A DNA stretch of 64,000 bases, taken from the NCBI GenBank assembly GCA_964202905.1, contig CAXNJO010000012.1, positions 32,001-96,000 on the forward strand, read 5' to 3'. This document shows, piece by piece, positions 1 through 10,347 of the stretch. The position numbers were made by a program, and so were the translations under genes. Each line of letters opens with the position of its first letter. Positions within the stretch are counted from its first letter, which is position 1. This DNA is from Polyangiales bacterium (GTDB taxonomy: Bacteria > Myxococcota_A > Polyangia > Polyangiales > JADJQN01). The notes under the pieces are model-generated. The model saw only the letters and a program-made list of their open reading frames with translations, was not told where the DNA came from and did not search any database.

Positions 1-143
1 GCGCCCGCGGTCGACGCCGGGCAGCGACGACCACCACGAACGATGGTGGCTGCAGCGCGGCGCGCGGCACGCCTCGCGGCTCTGCGACGTGGTTCGCCGT
101 ACTCGGGCTCGTCGCGCTGTGGCGCACGCGTCGCCGTCGCTGA
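1..143 (+). CDS. 3' end of a MYXO-CTERM sorting-domain surface protein (partial)
   Basis: Frame 3 reads ...TTTNDGGCSAARGTPRGSATWFAVLGLVALWRTRRRR* (TGA 141-143): GGC, hydrophobic helix, poly-Arg. Confidence 0.75.
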   Translation, partial: ARGRRRAATTTTNDGGCSAARGTPRGSATWFAVLGLVALWRTRRRR

Positions 144-155
144 GCGGCGAGCGCG

Positions 156-1503
<1,348 letters not shown>

Positions 1504-1571
1504 GGCGGCGACGGTAGCACGCTGCGCGCGGGCGCCCCGGTCCACAGGCCGCGCGTGATACCGTGCTCTCC
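1504..1571. promoter_or_regulatory. Back-to-back extended -10 promoters (TGnTACCGT), each 7 nt before a GTG start
   Basis: Minus strand TGCTACCGT (1519-1511)-N7-GTG1503; plus strand TGATACCGT (1556-1564)-N7-GTG1572. Confidence 0.6.
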
Positions 1572-2906
1572 GTGCCGGCGCGCTCGCACAGCTACCCCGA
1601 CGACCTCGCCGCGTTCGTGCACGCGCGCTGGGCCGACGTGGAGGAGTCGGTGCCGTGGCCCGAGGGCGCGTTCCCGAGCGAGCCGCCACCGCGCGCGGTC
1701 GTCGAGGCGCTCGTCTCGACGTCGTACCAGGCGAGCCTGCTCCGCGACGAAGAGCGCCCCGTGATCTTCCGCGCGGTGCTGGCGCCGCCCGAGGTCTTCG
1801 CCGCGCACCGCGGGCCTCCCTGGGGCGTGCACCGCCTCGTGTTCGCGCAGCCGCGGCCCCTCGACGCGCACGAGCTGCGCCGCCTCTCGCAGGCCGCGAA
1901 GTACCACCGCGCGCTGCTCGGCGTGCAGACCACGAGCGGCGGCGACCTCGAGATCTGGGGCATCGCGTACACCGGTCCGCGCTGGCTGCAGGTCTCGCAG
2001 GGCGGGCGCGGCGTGCGCGCCTCGCTGCCACCCGTGCCGGTCGTGTCGGTGAGCGGGCCGGGACGCGTGACGGTGTCGAAGGGCTTCGCGCCCGTCGCGC
2101 GGCTCGCGGGCGGGCGGCTCTCGGAGCCGGAGCACGACGTCTTCGACTCGCGCTGGCTGCCCGGGCTCTTCGCGGGCGCACGTGAAGAGATCGAGGCCCG
2201 CCATGCGGCCGCGCGCGCCGCCACGCCGACGCCATGGGCCGAGGTCGATCCCGACTTCGTGCGGCAGCTCGGCCAGCACTTCGTGCGGCGGATCGTCGCC
2301 ACGATCCGCGCCGCGAAGCACGGAGGGACGCTCGTCCTCGTGCCGCCCGAAGACGCCCCGCGCTTCACCGACGAGGACCGCTTCGTCACGCTCAAGCACC
2401 GCTTCCTCGAGGAAGAGCCGCGCCACCGCTGCGCGACCCTCATGGTGCGCACGCTCAACGCGCTCGCGGAGGTGTGCGCGCCGCTCGTGCCGCCGGGAAC
2501 CACCGTCGGCTGGAACGAGCACGCGTCCCTCGCCGACCCGCTCATCGCGGAGCTCGACGAGGCGCTCTTCGAGGTCGCGCACCTGATCGCGGCGCTCGCC
2601 GACACCGACGGCGCCGTCGTGATGACGAAGCGCTTCGAGCTGCTCGGCTTCGGCGGCGTCGTGTCGGGCGAGCTGCCCGACGTCGCCCGCGTCGCGCGCG
2701 CGCTCGACGTCGAAGGCGAGCAGCGCATCCGCGAGCGCACCGACCTCGTCGGCACCCGCCACAACGCCGCCTACCGCCTCTGCAACGCGCGGCGCGACGC
2801 GCTCGCCATCGTCGTCTCGCAGGACGGCGGCACGCGCTTCGTCCGCTGGAAGGACGACGCCGTCACCTATTGGGATCAGGTCGGCGTCGCGGCCGTCGAC
2901 ACCTGA
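1572..2906 (+). CDS. DisA_N/DAC-family diadenylate-cyclase-like protein with N-terminal putative sensor region
   Basis: C-terminal HGGTLVLV, ADTDGAVV (DGA motif), GTRHNAA (RHR-like), AIVVSQDG; the ORF track starts at 1563, and I chose 1572 from promoter spacing. Confidence 0.75.
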   Translation: MPARSHSYPDDLAAFVHARWADVEESVPWPEGAFPSEPPPRAVVEALVSTSYQASLLRDEERPVIFRAVLAPPEVFAAHRGPPWGVHRLVFAQPRPLDAHELRRLSQAAKYHRALLGVQTTSGGDLEIWGIAYTGPRWLQVSQGGRGVRASLPPVPVVSVSGPGRVTVSKGFAPVARLAGGRLSEPEHDVFDSRWLPGLFAGAREEIEARHAAARAATPTPWAEVDPDFVRQLGQHFVRRIVATIRAAKHGGTLVLVPPEDAPRFTDEDRFVTLKHRFLEEEPRHRCATLMVRTLNALAEVCAPLVPPGTTVGWNEHASLADPLIAELDEALFEVAHLIAALADTDGAVVMTKRFELLGFGGVVSGELPDVARVARALDVEGEQRIRERTDLVGTRHNAAYRLCNARRDALAIVVSQDGGTRFVRWKDDAVTYWDQVGVAAVDT

Positions 2907-2974
2907 CGGCGCGCCGGGTGCGACGCTCGGCCGCACACCGCGCGGGGCGCGCATCCCGTACGTTCGGCGCCGCC

Positions 2975-3706
2975 ATGCACCCACGCACCGCACGCCACCG
3001 CCTCGTCCCGCGCGCCCTCGCCGGCGCCTCGCTCGCCTGCGCCGCGCTCGCCGCCTCCGCGGCCTGCGACGCGGGCACCGCCCCGACCTCGCTCATGCTC
3101 TCGCTCCGCGGCGGGCTCCCCGCGGACGGCGCGCTCGTCGCCGACGACGGCGCCACGCTGCGCATCGGCACCGCGCGCCTGACCATCCTCGCCGCCGAGC
3201 TCGAGGCGTGCCCGACGAGCCCCACGGCCGCGTGGCGTGCGCTCTGGCTGCCGGGCGTCGCGCGCGCGCACTCGGACGGCAGCGCGACGCGCCTCGGCGA
3301 GCCACACGTGGTCGATCTCCGCGCGGCGACGGCCACCGAGCTCGGCGAACTCAGCCCGCCCGCGGGCCGCTACTGCGGCATGCGCCTCACGCTCGGCCCC
3401 GCCGACGCCGACGCGGTCGGCCTGCCCTCGCCCGACTTCGCGGGAACGACCTTCGCGCTCGCGGGCGAGGTCGATCTCCCGACGGCCCACGCCGTCTCGG
3501 GTCGCTCGACGGGCAACCTCACGACGACCGCCGCGCTCACACCCGCGCTCGACCTCGCCGCGGGCGACGACGTGCGCGTCGAGCTCTCCGTCGGCGACGC
3601 GGACGCGCTCGTCGATGCCGCGATCGGCGGTCTCGCGGACGACGCGCTCGCCGGCGCGCTCCTGCTCGGCGCGCAGCGCACGATCACGGCGACCGTCTCG
3701 CGCTGA
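2975..3706 (+). CDS. Putative lipoprotein, unknown function
   Basis: C-terminal part of ORF 2234-3706; signal peptide ending SAAC; internal VARAHSDG and PPAGRYCG. Confidence 0.7.
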   Translation: MHPRTARHRLVPRALAGASLACAALAASAACDAGTAPTSLMLSLRGGLPADGALVADDGATLRIGTARLTILAAELEACPTSPTAAWRALWLPGVARAHSDGSATRLGEPHVVDLRAATATELGELSPPAGRYCGMRLTLGPADADAVGLPSPDFAGTTFALAGEVDLPTAHAVSGRSTGNLTTTAALTPALDLAAGDDVRVELSVGDADALVDAAIGGLADDALAGALLLGAQRTITATVSR

Positions 3707-3728
3707 GCTCGGCCCGCGCCGCTCGCAT

Positions 3729-3749
3729 TGCAGCGGTGTTACCGCTGCA
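3729..3749. terminator. Hairpin between convergent genes (likely bidirectional terminator)
   Basis: TGCAGCGGT-GTT-ACCGCTGCA, perfect 9-bp stem. Confidence 0.55.
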
Positions 3750-5693
3750 TCAGAGCTGCACCTGCATGCCGATCTCGACGACGCGGTCGGGCGGGATCTG
3801 GAAGAAGGTGGTCGCGGGCCGCGCGTTCCGGCTGAGGAAGGCGAAGAGCACCTTGCGCCACTTCATCATCGCGGAGTCGCCGTCGGTGAGCAGCGTCTCG
3901 CGGCCGAGGTAGAAGGTCGTCTCCGTCTCGTCGTCGCAGGGGACGCCCGCCTTCTTCGCGCGGAGCAGGATCTCCTTCACGCGCGGCGACTGCATGAAGC
4001 CGTAGCGCGCGAGCACGTGGTGCACGCCCTCGCCGAGCTTCGTGACGACGACGCGCTTGTCGCCCGGCACCGAGGGCTCGTGCTCGAACTGGATGCTCAG
4101 GAGGATGACGTTCTCGTGGAGCACCTTGTTGTGCCGGACGTGGTGCGTGAGCACCCAGGGCGCGCCCTTGGGGCTCTGCGTCATGAAGACGGCCGTGCCC
4201 TCGACGCGGTGGACCTTGCGGTGCGCGATCTCGGCGAGGAAGTCGTCCGTGTCGACGACCTGTCGCTTGATGAACTCGTAGAGCGCCGCGCGGCCGCGCT
4301 TCCACGTCGTCATCACGCTGAAGACCACGGCGCCGAGCGCGAGCGGGAACCAGCCGCCCGCGGCGATCTTCACGACGTTCGCGAGGAAGAAGCTCAGGTC
4401 GAACGACAGGAAGAGGATGAGGAGCGGCAGCGTGCGCGCCGTGCCCCAGCGCTGGCGCATCACGGCGAAGAAGAGGATCGAGGTGATCGTCATCGCGCCC
4501 GTGACGGCGATGCCGTAGGCCGCGGCGAGGCGCGTGGAGCTGCCGAAGCCGAGCACCAGCGCGATGCACGAGACCATCAGCAGCCAGTTGATCTCGGGCA
4601 CGTAGATCTGGCCCTCGGCGTCGTCGGCCGTGTGCACGATCGTCACGCGCGGCGAGTAGCCGAGCTGCACGGCCTGGCTCGCGAGCGAGAAGGAGCCCGA
4701 GATGAGCGCCTGCGACGCGACGATGGTGGCGATGGTCGCGATGGCGACGAGCGGGTAGCGCAGCCAGCCCTCGACGAGGCCGAAGAAGGGGCTCGCCGCC
4801 GCGCTCTGGCCCTTCGCCAGCAGGAACGCGCCCTGCCCGAAGTAGTTGAGCAGCAGCGCGGGATACACGAGCGCGAACCACGCGAGGCGGATCGGCCCCT
4901 TGCCGAAGTGGCCCATGTCCGCGTAGAGCGCCTCGCCGCCGGTGATGCAGAGCACGACCGAGCCGAGCACGAAGAAGCCATGCAGTTTGTGCGCGACGAA
5001 GAACTGCGCGCCGTGGAACGGATTCATCGCCGCGAGTACACCGGGCTCGCGAAGGAGCCAGGGCAGACCAATCGCGCCGATCGTGAGGAACCAGAGCACG
5101 GTCGCTGGGCCGAACAACCTGCCGATCGAGCGCGTTCCGCGGCGCTGCACGGCAAAGAGCGCCACCAGGATGAGGATGGTCGCCGGCACGACGAAGGGCT
5201 TCAGCAGGCCGGGGTTCTCAGGCGTGATGACCTCGAGGCCCTCCATCGCGGAGAGCACGGAGATCGCAGGCGTGATGATGCCGTCGCCGAAGAGCAGCGC
5301 TGCGCCGACGAGCCCGAGCATCAGCAGTACGAGCGCGCCTCCGCGCAGCTGCTTGCCGATCTTCCCATCCGGATCGCGCGTGCGGAGAAAGAGCGCGAGC
5401 AGCGCGAGGATGCCGCCCTCGCCCTCGTTGTCGGCGCGGAGGATGAAGCCGAGGTACTTGACCATCACGGCTGCGGCGAGCGACCAGAACACGAGCGAGA
5501 GCACGCCGAGCACGTTCGCCTCGGTCACCGGCACGCCGTGGCTCGCGGCGGGGTGCAGCGGGTCGAAGGCGAAGCACTCCTTGATCGCGTAGAGCGGCGA
5601 GGTTCCGATGTCGCCGTAGACGACGCCGACGGCGCCGAGCGCAGCCCCGACGAGCGCGCGTCCCTTGAGCGGTTCCCCGTGTGCAGCGGTCAT
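3750..5693 (-). CDS. kup: KUP/HAK/KT potassium transporter
   Basis: GVVYGDIGTSPLY, ADNEGEGG, GDGIITPAISVLSA, TGGEALYADMGHFG, GQIYVPEINW. Confidence 0.97.
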   Translation of the reverse strand: MTAAHGEPLKGRALVGAALGAVGVVYGDIGTSPLYAIKECFAFDPLHPAASHGVPVTEANVLGVLSLVFWSLAAAVMVKYLGFILRADNEGEGGILALLALFLRTRDPDGKIGKQLRGGALVLLMLGLVGAALLFGDGIITPAISVLSAMEGLEVITPENPGLLKPFVVPATILILVALFAVQRRGTRSIGRLFGPATVLWFLTIGAIGLPWLLREPGVLAAMNPFHGAQFFVAHKLHGFFVLGSVVLCITGGEALYADMGHFGKGPIRLAWFALVYPALLLNYFGQGAFLLAKGQSAAASPFFGLVEGWLRYPLVAIATIATIVASQALISGSFSLASQAVQLGYSPRVTIVHTADDAEGQIYVPEINWLLMVSCIALVLGFGSSTRLAAAYGIAVTGAMTITSILFFAVMRQRWGTARTLPLLILFLSFDLSFFLANVVKIAAGGWFPLALGAVVFSVMTTWKRGRAALYEFIKRQVVDTDDFLAEIAHRKVHRVEGTAVFMTQSPKGAPWVLTHHVRHNKVLHENVILLSIQFEHEPSVPGDKRVVVTKLGEGVHHVLARYGFMQSPRVKEILLRAKKAGVPCDDETETTFYLGRETLLTDGDSAMMKWRKVLFAFLSRNARPATTFFQIPPDRVVEIGMQVQL

Positions 5694-5751
5694 GGCGCGC
5701 GACGCTACACCCGCGCGCACGCGATGCAACTCGGCGCGGCGCGCCTCAGAA

Positions 5752-7623
5752 CTAATCGGCTGGCTGGAAGGTGAGACACGTGCCCATCGAGCACGTGTAT
5801 CCGAGCGCGCAGCTCCTACCGCCGATGCAATCCCCGCGCATGCACGTGCCGCCGCAGACCGGCGCGACGCAGCGCAAGCTATCGGCGAGGGAGCCGTCGG
5901 CGGGACACTTGTCGGAGGTGCCGCTGCACGCCTCGACGACGTCGCAGCCGTCCGCGGCAGCGGGCCGGCACACGGTTCCGGCCGGTAGACGCGCGTTCGC
6001 CGTCGGGCATGCAGAGCTCGTCCCGGTGCAGAGTTCCGGCGCATCGCACGGATACATCCCCGCCGGGCGGCACACGGTCCCCGCCGGCCGGAACTCATCG
6101 AAGGGGCAGCCCCTGTTGACGCCGTCGCAGGTCTCGTCGTCATCGCAGTCGCCAGCGACCGCCCGGCAGATCGTCCCGGCCAAGGCGACCCTGTCCGCGG
6201 GGCATTCGGGCGTGGCCCCCGTGCAAGACTCGGCGCGATCGCAGGGGCCGCTCTCCGCGCGACACTCGGTGTCGGACGGGACGAAGGCGTCGGGCGGACA
6301 CGTGAAGGCCGTGCCGTCGCACACCTCCGCGACGTCGCACACGCCCTGCGCTGCGCGACACTCGGCGCCGGCCTCGCGCAGCCCCACAGACACGCACGTC
6401 GGCACGCCGCCCGGGCAGGAGACGCGTCCGACGGCGCAGAGCGCATCGGGCACCGCGCACGCCGCCCCGGGGATGCACCCGCTCAGGCACGTCGCGGACG
6501 AGCCGGCGCAATAGCCACCCGAGCACGCGGCACCGACCGAGACGAACGCGTCCGCGGGGCAGAGCGCGCTCGCGCCCGTGCACGTCTCGGGGAGATCGCA
6601 GCCGCTCGGGACGGTGGGACGACACGGCGTCCCGCCCGCGCGCACGAATGTGTCGACGGGGCACGCCGCGCTGCGCCCGGTGCACGACTCCGCGAGATCG
6701 CACGATTCCGCGGCGGCGCGGCACACGACGCCCGATTCGACGACCATGTCCGCCGGGCAGCCGACACCGGCGCCATCACAGCTTTCCGGGCGATCGCACT
6801 CCCCCGCGGCCCCGCGACACACCACCGAGGTCGCCGCCGCCTCGTCGCGCGGGCACATCGCCGACGTCCCGTCGCACGCCTCGGCGAAGTCGCACACACC
6901 GCGCGGCTCGCGGCAGACCGTGCCCGCAGAGAGGCGCGTCTCGCCGGGCCGACACTCGAGGTTGCCCGCCTCGCAGCGCAGCACGCCCTCGACGCAATAG
7001 CCCTCGCCGAGCTCGCAGCGCGTGAGCGGGTCGGCCGTGCACCCGGACGCGTCGATCGCCGCGTCCGGGGGCCGCGCGCTGCCATCCTCGCCCGCATCGG
7101 AGACATCCGTGCCGAGGTCCACGCCCGGCCCCGCGTCGAACGCGCCGATCGTGCCCGTGAAGGACGGCAGCGTCGCGGGATCGACGAGCTCGTCGGCGCA
7201 CGCGCCCTCGCGACACGTCGTGCCCGTCTCGCACGTCACGCCCACACAGGCGCCCCGCAGCACCACGCGCAAGAGCACGCGACGCCCCTCGACGAAGCGC
7301 GTGCGCACGCGCGTCGCGACGAACTCCGTGGACGCACGCAGGCCCGCGACGCGCACGGTGAGCGGCCCGGCGCCCGCGCTGCCCGGACGCAAGCCGAGCG
7401 TGAGCGGCAGACGCGTGGCGTCCCCGCCCACGAGCGAGGCGACCGCGCGCTGCCCGCGGGCGGCGGCGCCTTCGACCTCGACGACGACCTCGTCGAGCTG
7501 CGTCGGCACCGCGAGATCGCTCTCGACGACGACGACGACCTCCGTCAGGTCGGCGGCGCAGCCCGCGACGAAGACCACGATCGCCCCCCACAGCGCGGAT
7601 TGCGCGCTTGCACGCTTCAGCAT
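5752..7623 (-). CDS. Cys-rich lipoprotein with tandem disintegrin-like repeats
   Basis: Lipobox VAGC, TEVVVVVESD domain, then nine CR-x5-6-CD-x2-E-x-C-x-G-x4-CP units. Confidence 0.85.
   Translation of the reverse strand: MLKRASAQSALWGAIVVFVAGCAADLTEVVVVVESDLAVPTQLDEVVVEVEGAAARGQRAVASLVGGDATRLPLTLGLRPGSAGAGPLTVRVAGLRASTEFVATRVRTRFVEGRRVLLRVVLRGACVGVTCETGTTCREGACADELVDPATLPSFTGTIGAFDAGPGVDLGTDVSDAGEDGSARPPDAAIDASGCTADPLTRCELGEGYCVEGVLRCEAGNLECRPGETRLSAGTVCREPRGVCDFAEACDGTSAMCPRDEAAATSVVCRGAAGECDRPESCDGAGVGCPADMVVESGVVCRAAAESCDLAESCTGRSAACPVDTFVRAGGTPCRPTVPSGCDLPETCTGASALCPADAFVSVGAACSGGYCAGSSATCLSGCIPGAACAVPDALCAVGRVSCPGGVPTCVSVGLREAGAECRAAQGVCDVAEVCDGTAFTCPPDAFVPSDTECRAESGPCDRAESCTGATPECPADRVALAGTICRAVAGDCDDDETCDGVNRGCPFDEFRPAGTVCRPAGMYPCDAPELCTGTSSACPTANARLPAGTVCRPAAADGCDVVEACSGTSDKCPADGSLADSLRCVAPVCGGTCMRGDCIGGRSCALGYTCSMGTCLTFQPAD
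5885..6927 (-). repeat. Nine ~32-aa Cys-rich repeats (4 + linker + 5)
   Basis: e.g. CREPRGVCDFAEACDGTSAMCPRD, CRAAAESCDLAESCTGRSAACPVD, CRAESGPCDRAESCTGATPECPAD. Confidence 0.9.
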
Positions 7624-7732
7624 GCACGGAGGCGTATCACGAACGCGCGCAATGGTCTTCCGTGCGCGGGGGCGCGCATCACGGCGAACGGTGTGTTGAC
7701 CGAGTGACGCACCGGATGGACGCCGTCGGACC

Positions 7733-8324
7733 ATGAACCTTTCCTTGTCCACCGCGGCCCCGGTCCTCTTCGCACTGCTCTTTTCCGGTGGCGCCCTCGT
7801 GGGCTGTGGGAGCGACGCTGCGCCGCCGCTGCCGCCGCCGACCGCCACGTGCGCCGGGCCCACGTGCCTCTGCGGCGCCGGCAACCTCTGCAGCTGCACG
7901 CGCGACGGCGACTGCAACGTGCAGTGCGGCAGCGCCGGCTGCGCGCTCGCCTGCGACGAGACCTCGAAGTGCATGGCGACGGGCACCGGCCCCGTCGTCG
8001 ATCACGTGCACGGACAGCGCCGACTGCAAGGGCCAGGGCGGCGATGACAGCGCCGTGACCTGCCGCGAGATGTCCGACTGCGATCTGAAGGCGGGCGACG
8101 ACTCCACCGCCCTCTGCGACGGCACCTCGAAGTGCAAGATCAACATCGGCCTGCGCGGCGACGTGCAGTGTCTCGAGATGGCGGACTGCGACATCAAGTG
8201 CGACGGCGACTGCACGGTCGTCTGCGCGACGACGGCAACTTGCATGGTGAACTGCGGCGCCGGCGACGCGGGGATCGCCGCGGAGACCTGCCCCGACGGA
8301 CGCATCGTCTGCGGCGGTTGCTGA
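7733..8324 (+). CDS. Small Cys-rich lipoprotein, frameshift near 8000
   Basis: Lipobox LVGC; ORF 7733-8047 continues in the ORF ending at 8324 (TCTDSADCKGQGGDDSAVTCREMSDC...VCGGC*). Confidence 0.8.
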
Positions 8325-8455
8325 CGCGCGCACGCCGCGGGCCGCAGAAGCGCCGACACGCGCCCTTCCCCGCGCCGTGATTCTCGGCTATTTCCGCCTC
8401 CATCGACCAGCCACGCCCCCAGCGCGGGATCGCGCCCGAAGCCCTCGTCGCGCAG

Positions 8456-9561
8456 GTGCGCAGCACGATGCCGTACCTGTTCGATGACGACGCCGGTGCG
8501 CTCGCGGCGCTGCCACCCGCGCGCGTCGTGCTCGGCTTCGCGCCGGGGCGCGCGCTCTCGCACGCGGAGTACTTCGCGCTCGCGCTCTCCTGTCATCTGC
8601 TCACGTGCGCGACGCCGGTGCCGACCGATGTCGACAACGCGATCCGCCTGAAGCTCTGGCCCGAAGGGCTGCCGCTCGCGACAGCGCTCGAGATGGGCGC
8701 GCTCGTTCGTCGCGTGCCACGACTGGGACTTCACGCCGCTCAGCGCGCGCGTCTGCATGGGCGCACCGGGCAGCGCATGGGCCGACGCGCCGCTGCACGG
8801 CCACTTCGGTGAGTGGTTCACCGTGGCGTGCGCCGCCTACGCCGCGCTGGGCCGCTACCGCGCGGCCGAGGCGAAGTCCCTCCGCGCGCAGCTCTTCGCG
8901 GCGATCGTCGCGGAGTGCGAGCGGCACGCGCAGATCTTCGCGTCGCTCTGGCGCGCGAAGGACGGCGTCGGCGCGCTCCGGGCGGCCGCGACGATCGCCC
9001 ACAACGTCGGCGACCTCGACCGCGTGATGGAGATGTGGTCGCTGCCCGTCGCGGACCCGCTGCGGCTGCGCTGCGGCGGGCTCACGACGCGGCCCTTCGA
9101 CGCCTCGGGCGCGCTCCGGCACGACGGCAGGCTCTGGACGGCGGGCGAGCTCTACAAGTCGACGATCGACGGCTCCTCGATGGCGCTCGAGAACCACCGG
9201 CACTTCGCGCTCCGCAAGCCGCGCGTGCTCCGCACCGCGCCCGCGCTGCGCGTGCCGCTCGGCCCGTTCTTCGACCCGTGGGGCGAGGCGGTCGCGCGCG
9301 GCGTGCCCGACGACGCGCTCCACGAGGTGATCACGGCGCTCGTCGAGGGCTGGGCGCGATTGCCGAAGACGCTCGGCTACGGCCGCGCGCTCGCCGGGAT
9401 TCTCGCGGTGCGCCCCGACGCGCGGAGCATCCCCGCGCTCGCCAGCCTGCGCGAAGGCCCCGCGCGTGAAGGCGCTGCTCAAGGAGCCGCGCGCCGACCT
9501 CGAGGCGCGCTGGTCCGCGAGCGCGCTCGCCCTGCTCGACGAGATCCCCTCGCGGGCGTGA
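8456..9561 (+). CDS. Hypothetical protein with His/Glu motifs, frameshifts near 8706 and 9450
   Basis: Joined frames: HAEYF, ATPVPTDVDNAIR, HGHFGEWF, IAHNVGDLDRV, ENHRHFALR, GPFFDPWG, ending ...LLDEIPSRA* at 9561; start uncertain. Confidence 0.7.
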
Positions 9562-9594
9562 TGGGGGAAACACGCCGCCGCGGCGGCGCATGCC

Positions 9595-10347
9595 TCAGCC
9601 GCGCGCGCGGAAGTCGAGCGCCGCGATGTCCGCGGCGACGAGCGCAGCCGACGCGCATGGCAGCACTGCATCCCGGGCCGACGCACCGTCGCCGACCACG
9701 ATCCACACGGCGTGCGGCAACGAGCGCACGTCCGTGGAGATCCACTCACCGAGCCGGATCGGCGCCTCGCGCGGGATGTCCGAGCGCGCGCGCAGCCACG
9801 TGCGCAGCTGCGCATCGAGCGCGGGATCGAGCGGGCGCGTGCAGGGGACACGACATGGTGCACGCGTGCGACCGGGGACGCCGACGAGCACCCCGTCGCG
9901 GAGCGCATGCTCGAGCCGGGGACGAGACGCCGACGTGGACGGTGTGACGCCAGCGCGACTCGGACCCGCAGAGACGGGCGACGACGCGCCCGCCTCGTGC
10001 ACGGCGCCCTCGTGAGGCCGGGGCGCCGGGGCGCCTCGCGCAGGCGCTGCGACGCGACCGGACGCGCCATGGACATGCGCGGCCCCGACGGCGAGCGCGG
10101 CGCGGACATCGTCGTCGCTCACCTCGAGGACCGCTTTGTGAATTTTGTACTGTTTCGGAGCTTCTCCAGATCGGAGCACCGCGACCACCGTCTCGAGCGG
10201 CGGGCAGCCCGGCTCGGTGCAGCGCAGCTCGCTCACCATGACCGTGTCGTCGGGTCCGATCGCGACGAGCGCCGCGACGCTCGCCTTCAGCGCGCGGACG
10301 GCCGCGCTCCGTGCCGCATCTCCGCCCGCGCCCCCACGGAGGCTCAC
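9595..10347 (-). CDS. Small CxxxxC protein of CobW/WD40 metal loci, with an in-frame C-terminal extension
   Basis: GTG overlaps the WD40 stop; VMVSELRCTEPGCPPLETVVAVL...KIHKAV; His-containing linker then ~110 further aa. Confidence 0.6.
   Translation of the reverse strand: MSLRGGAGGDAARSAAVRALKASVAALVAIGPDDTVMVSELRCTEPGCPPLETVVAVLRSGEAPKQYKIHKAVLEVSDDDVRAALAVGAAHVHGASGRVAAPARGAPAPRPHEGAVHEAGASSPVSAGPSRAGVTPSTSASRPRLEHALRDGVLVGVPGRTRAPCRVPCTRPLDPALDAQLRTWLRARSDIPREAPIRLGEWISTDVRSLPHAVWIVVGDGASARDAVLPCASAALVAADIAALDFRARG

Noticed and set aside
5885..6927. Possible CRISPR or non-coding repeat array
   Set aside because: The periodicity is protein-level and degenerate at the DNA level; no cas genes
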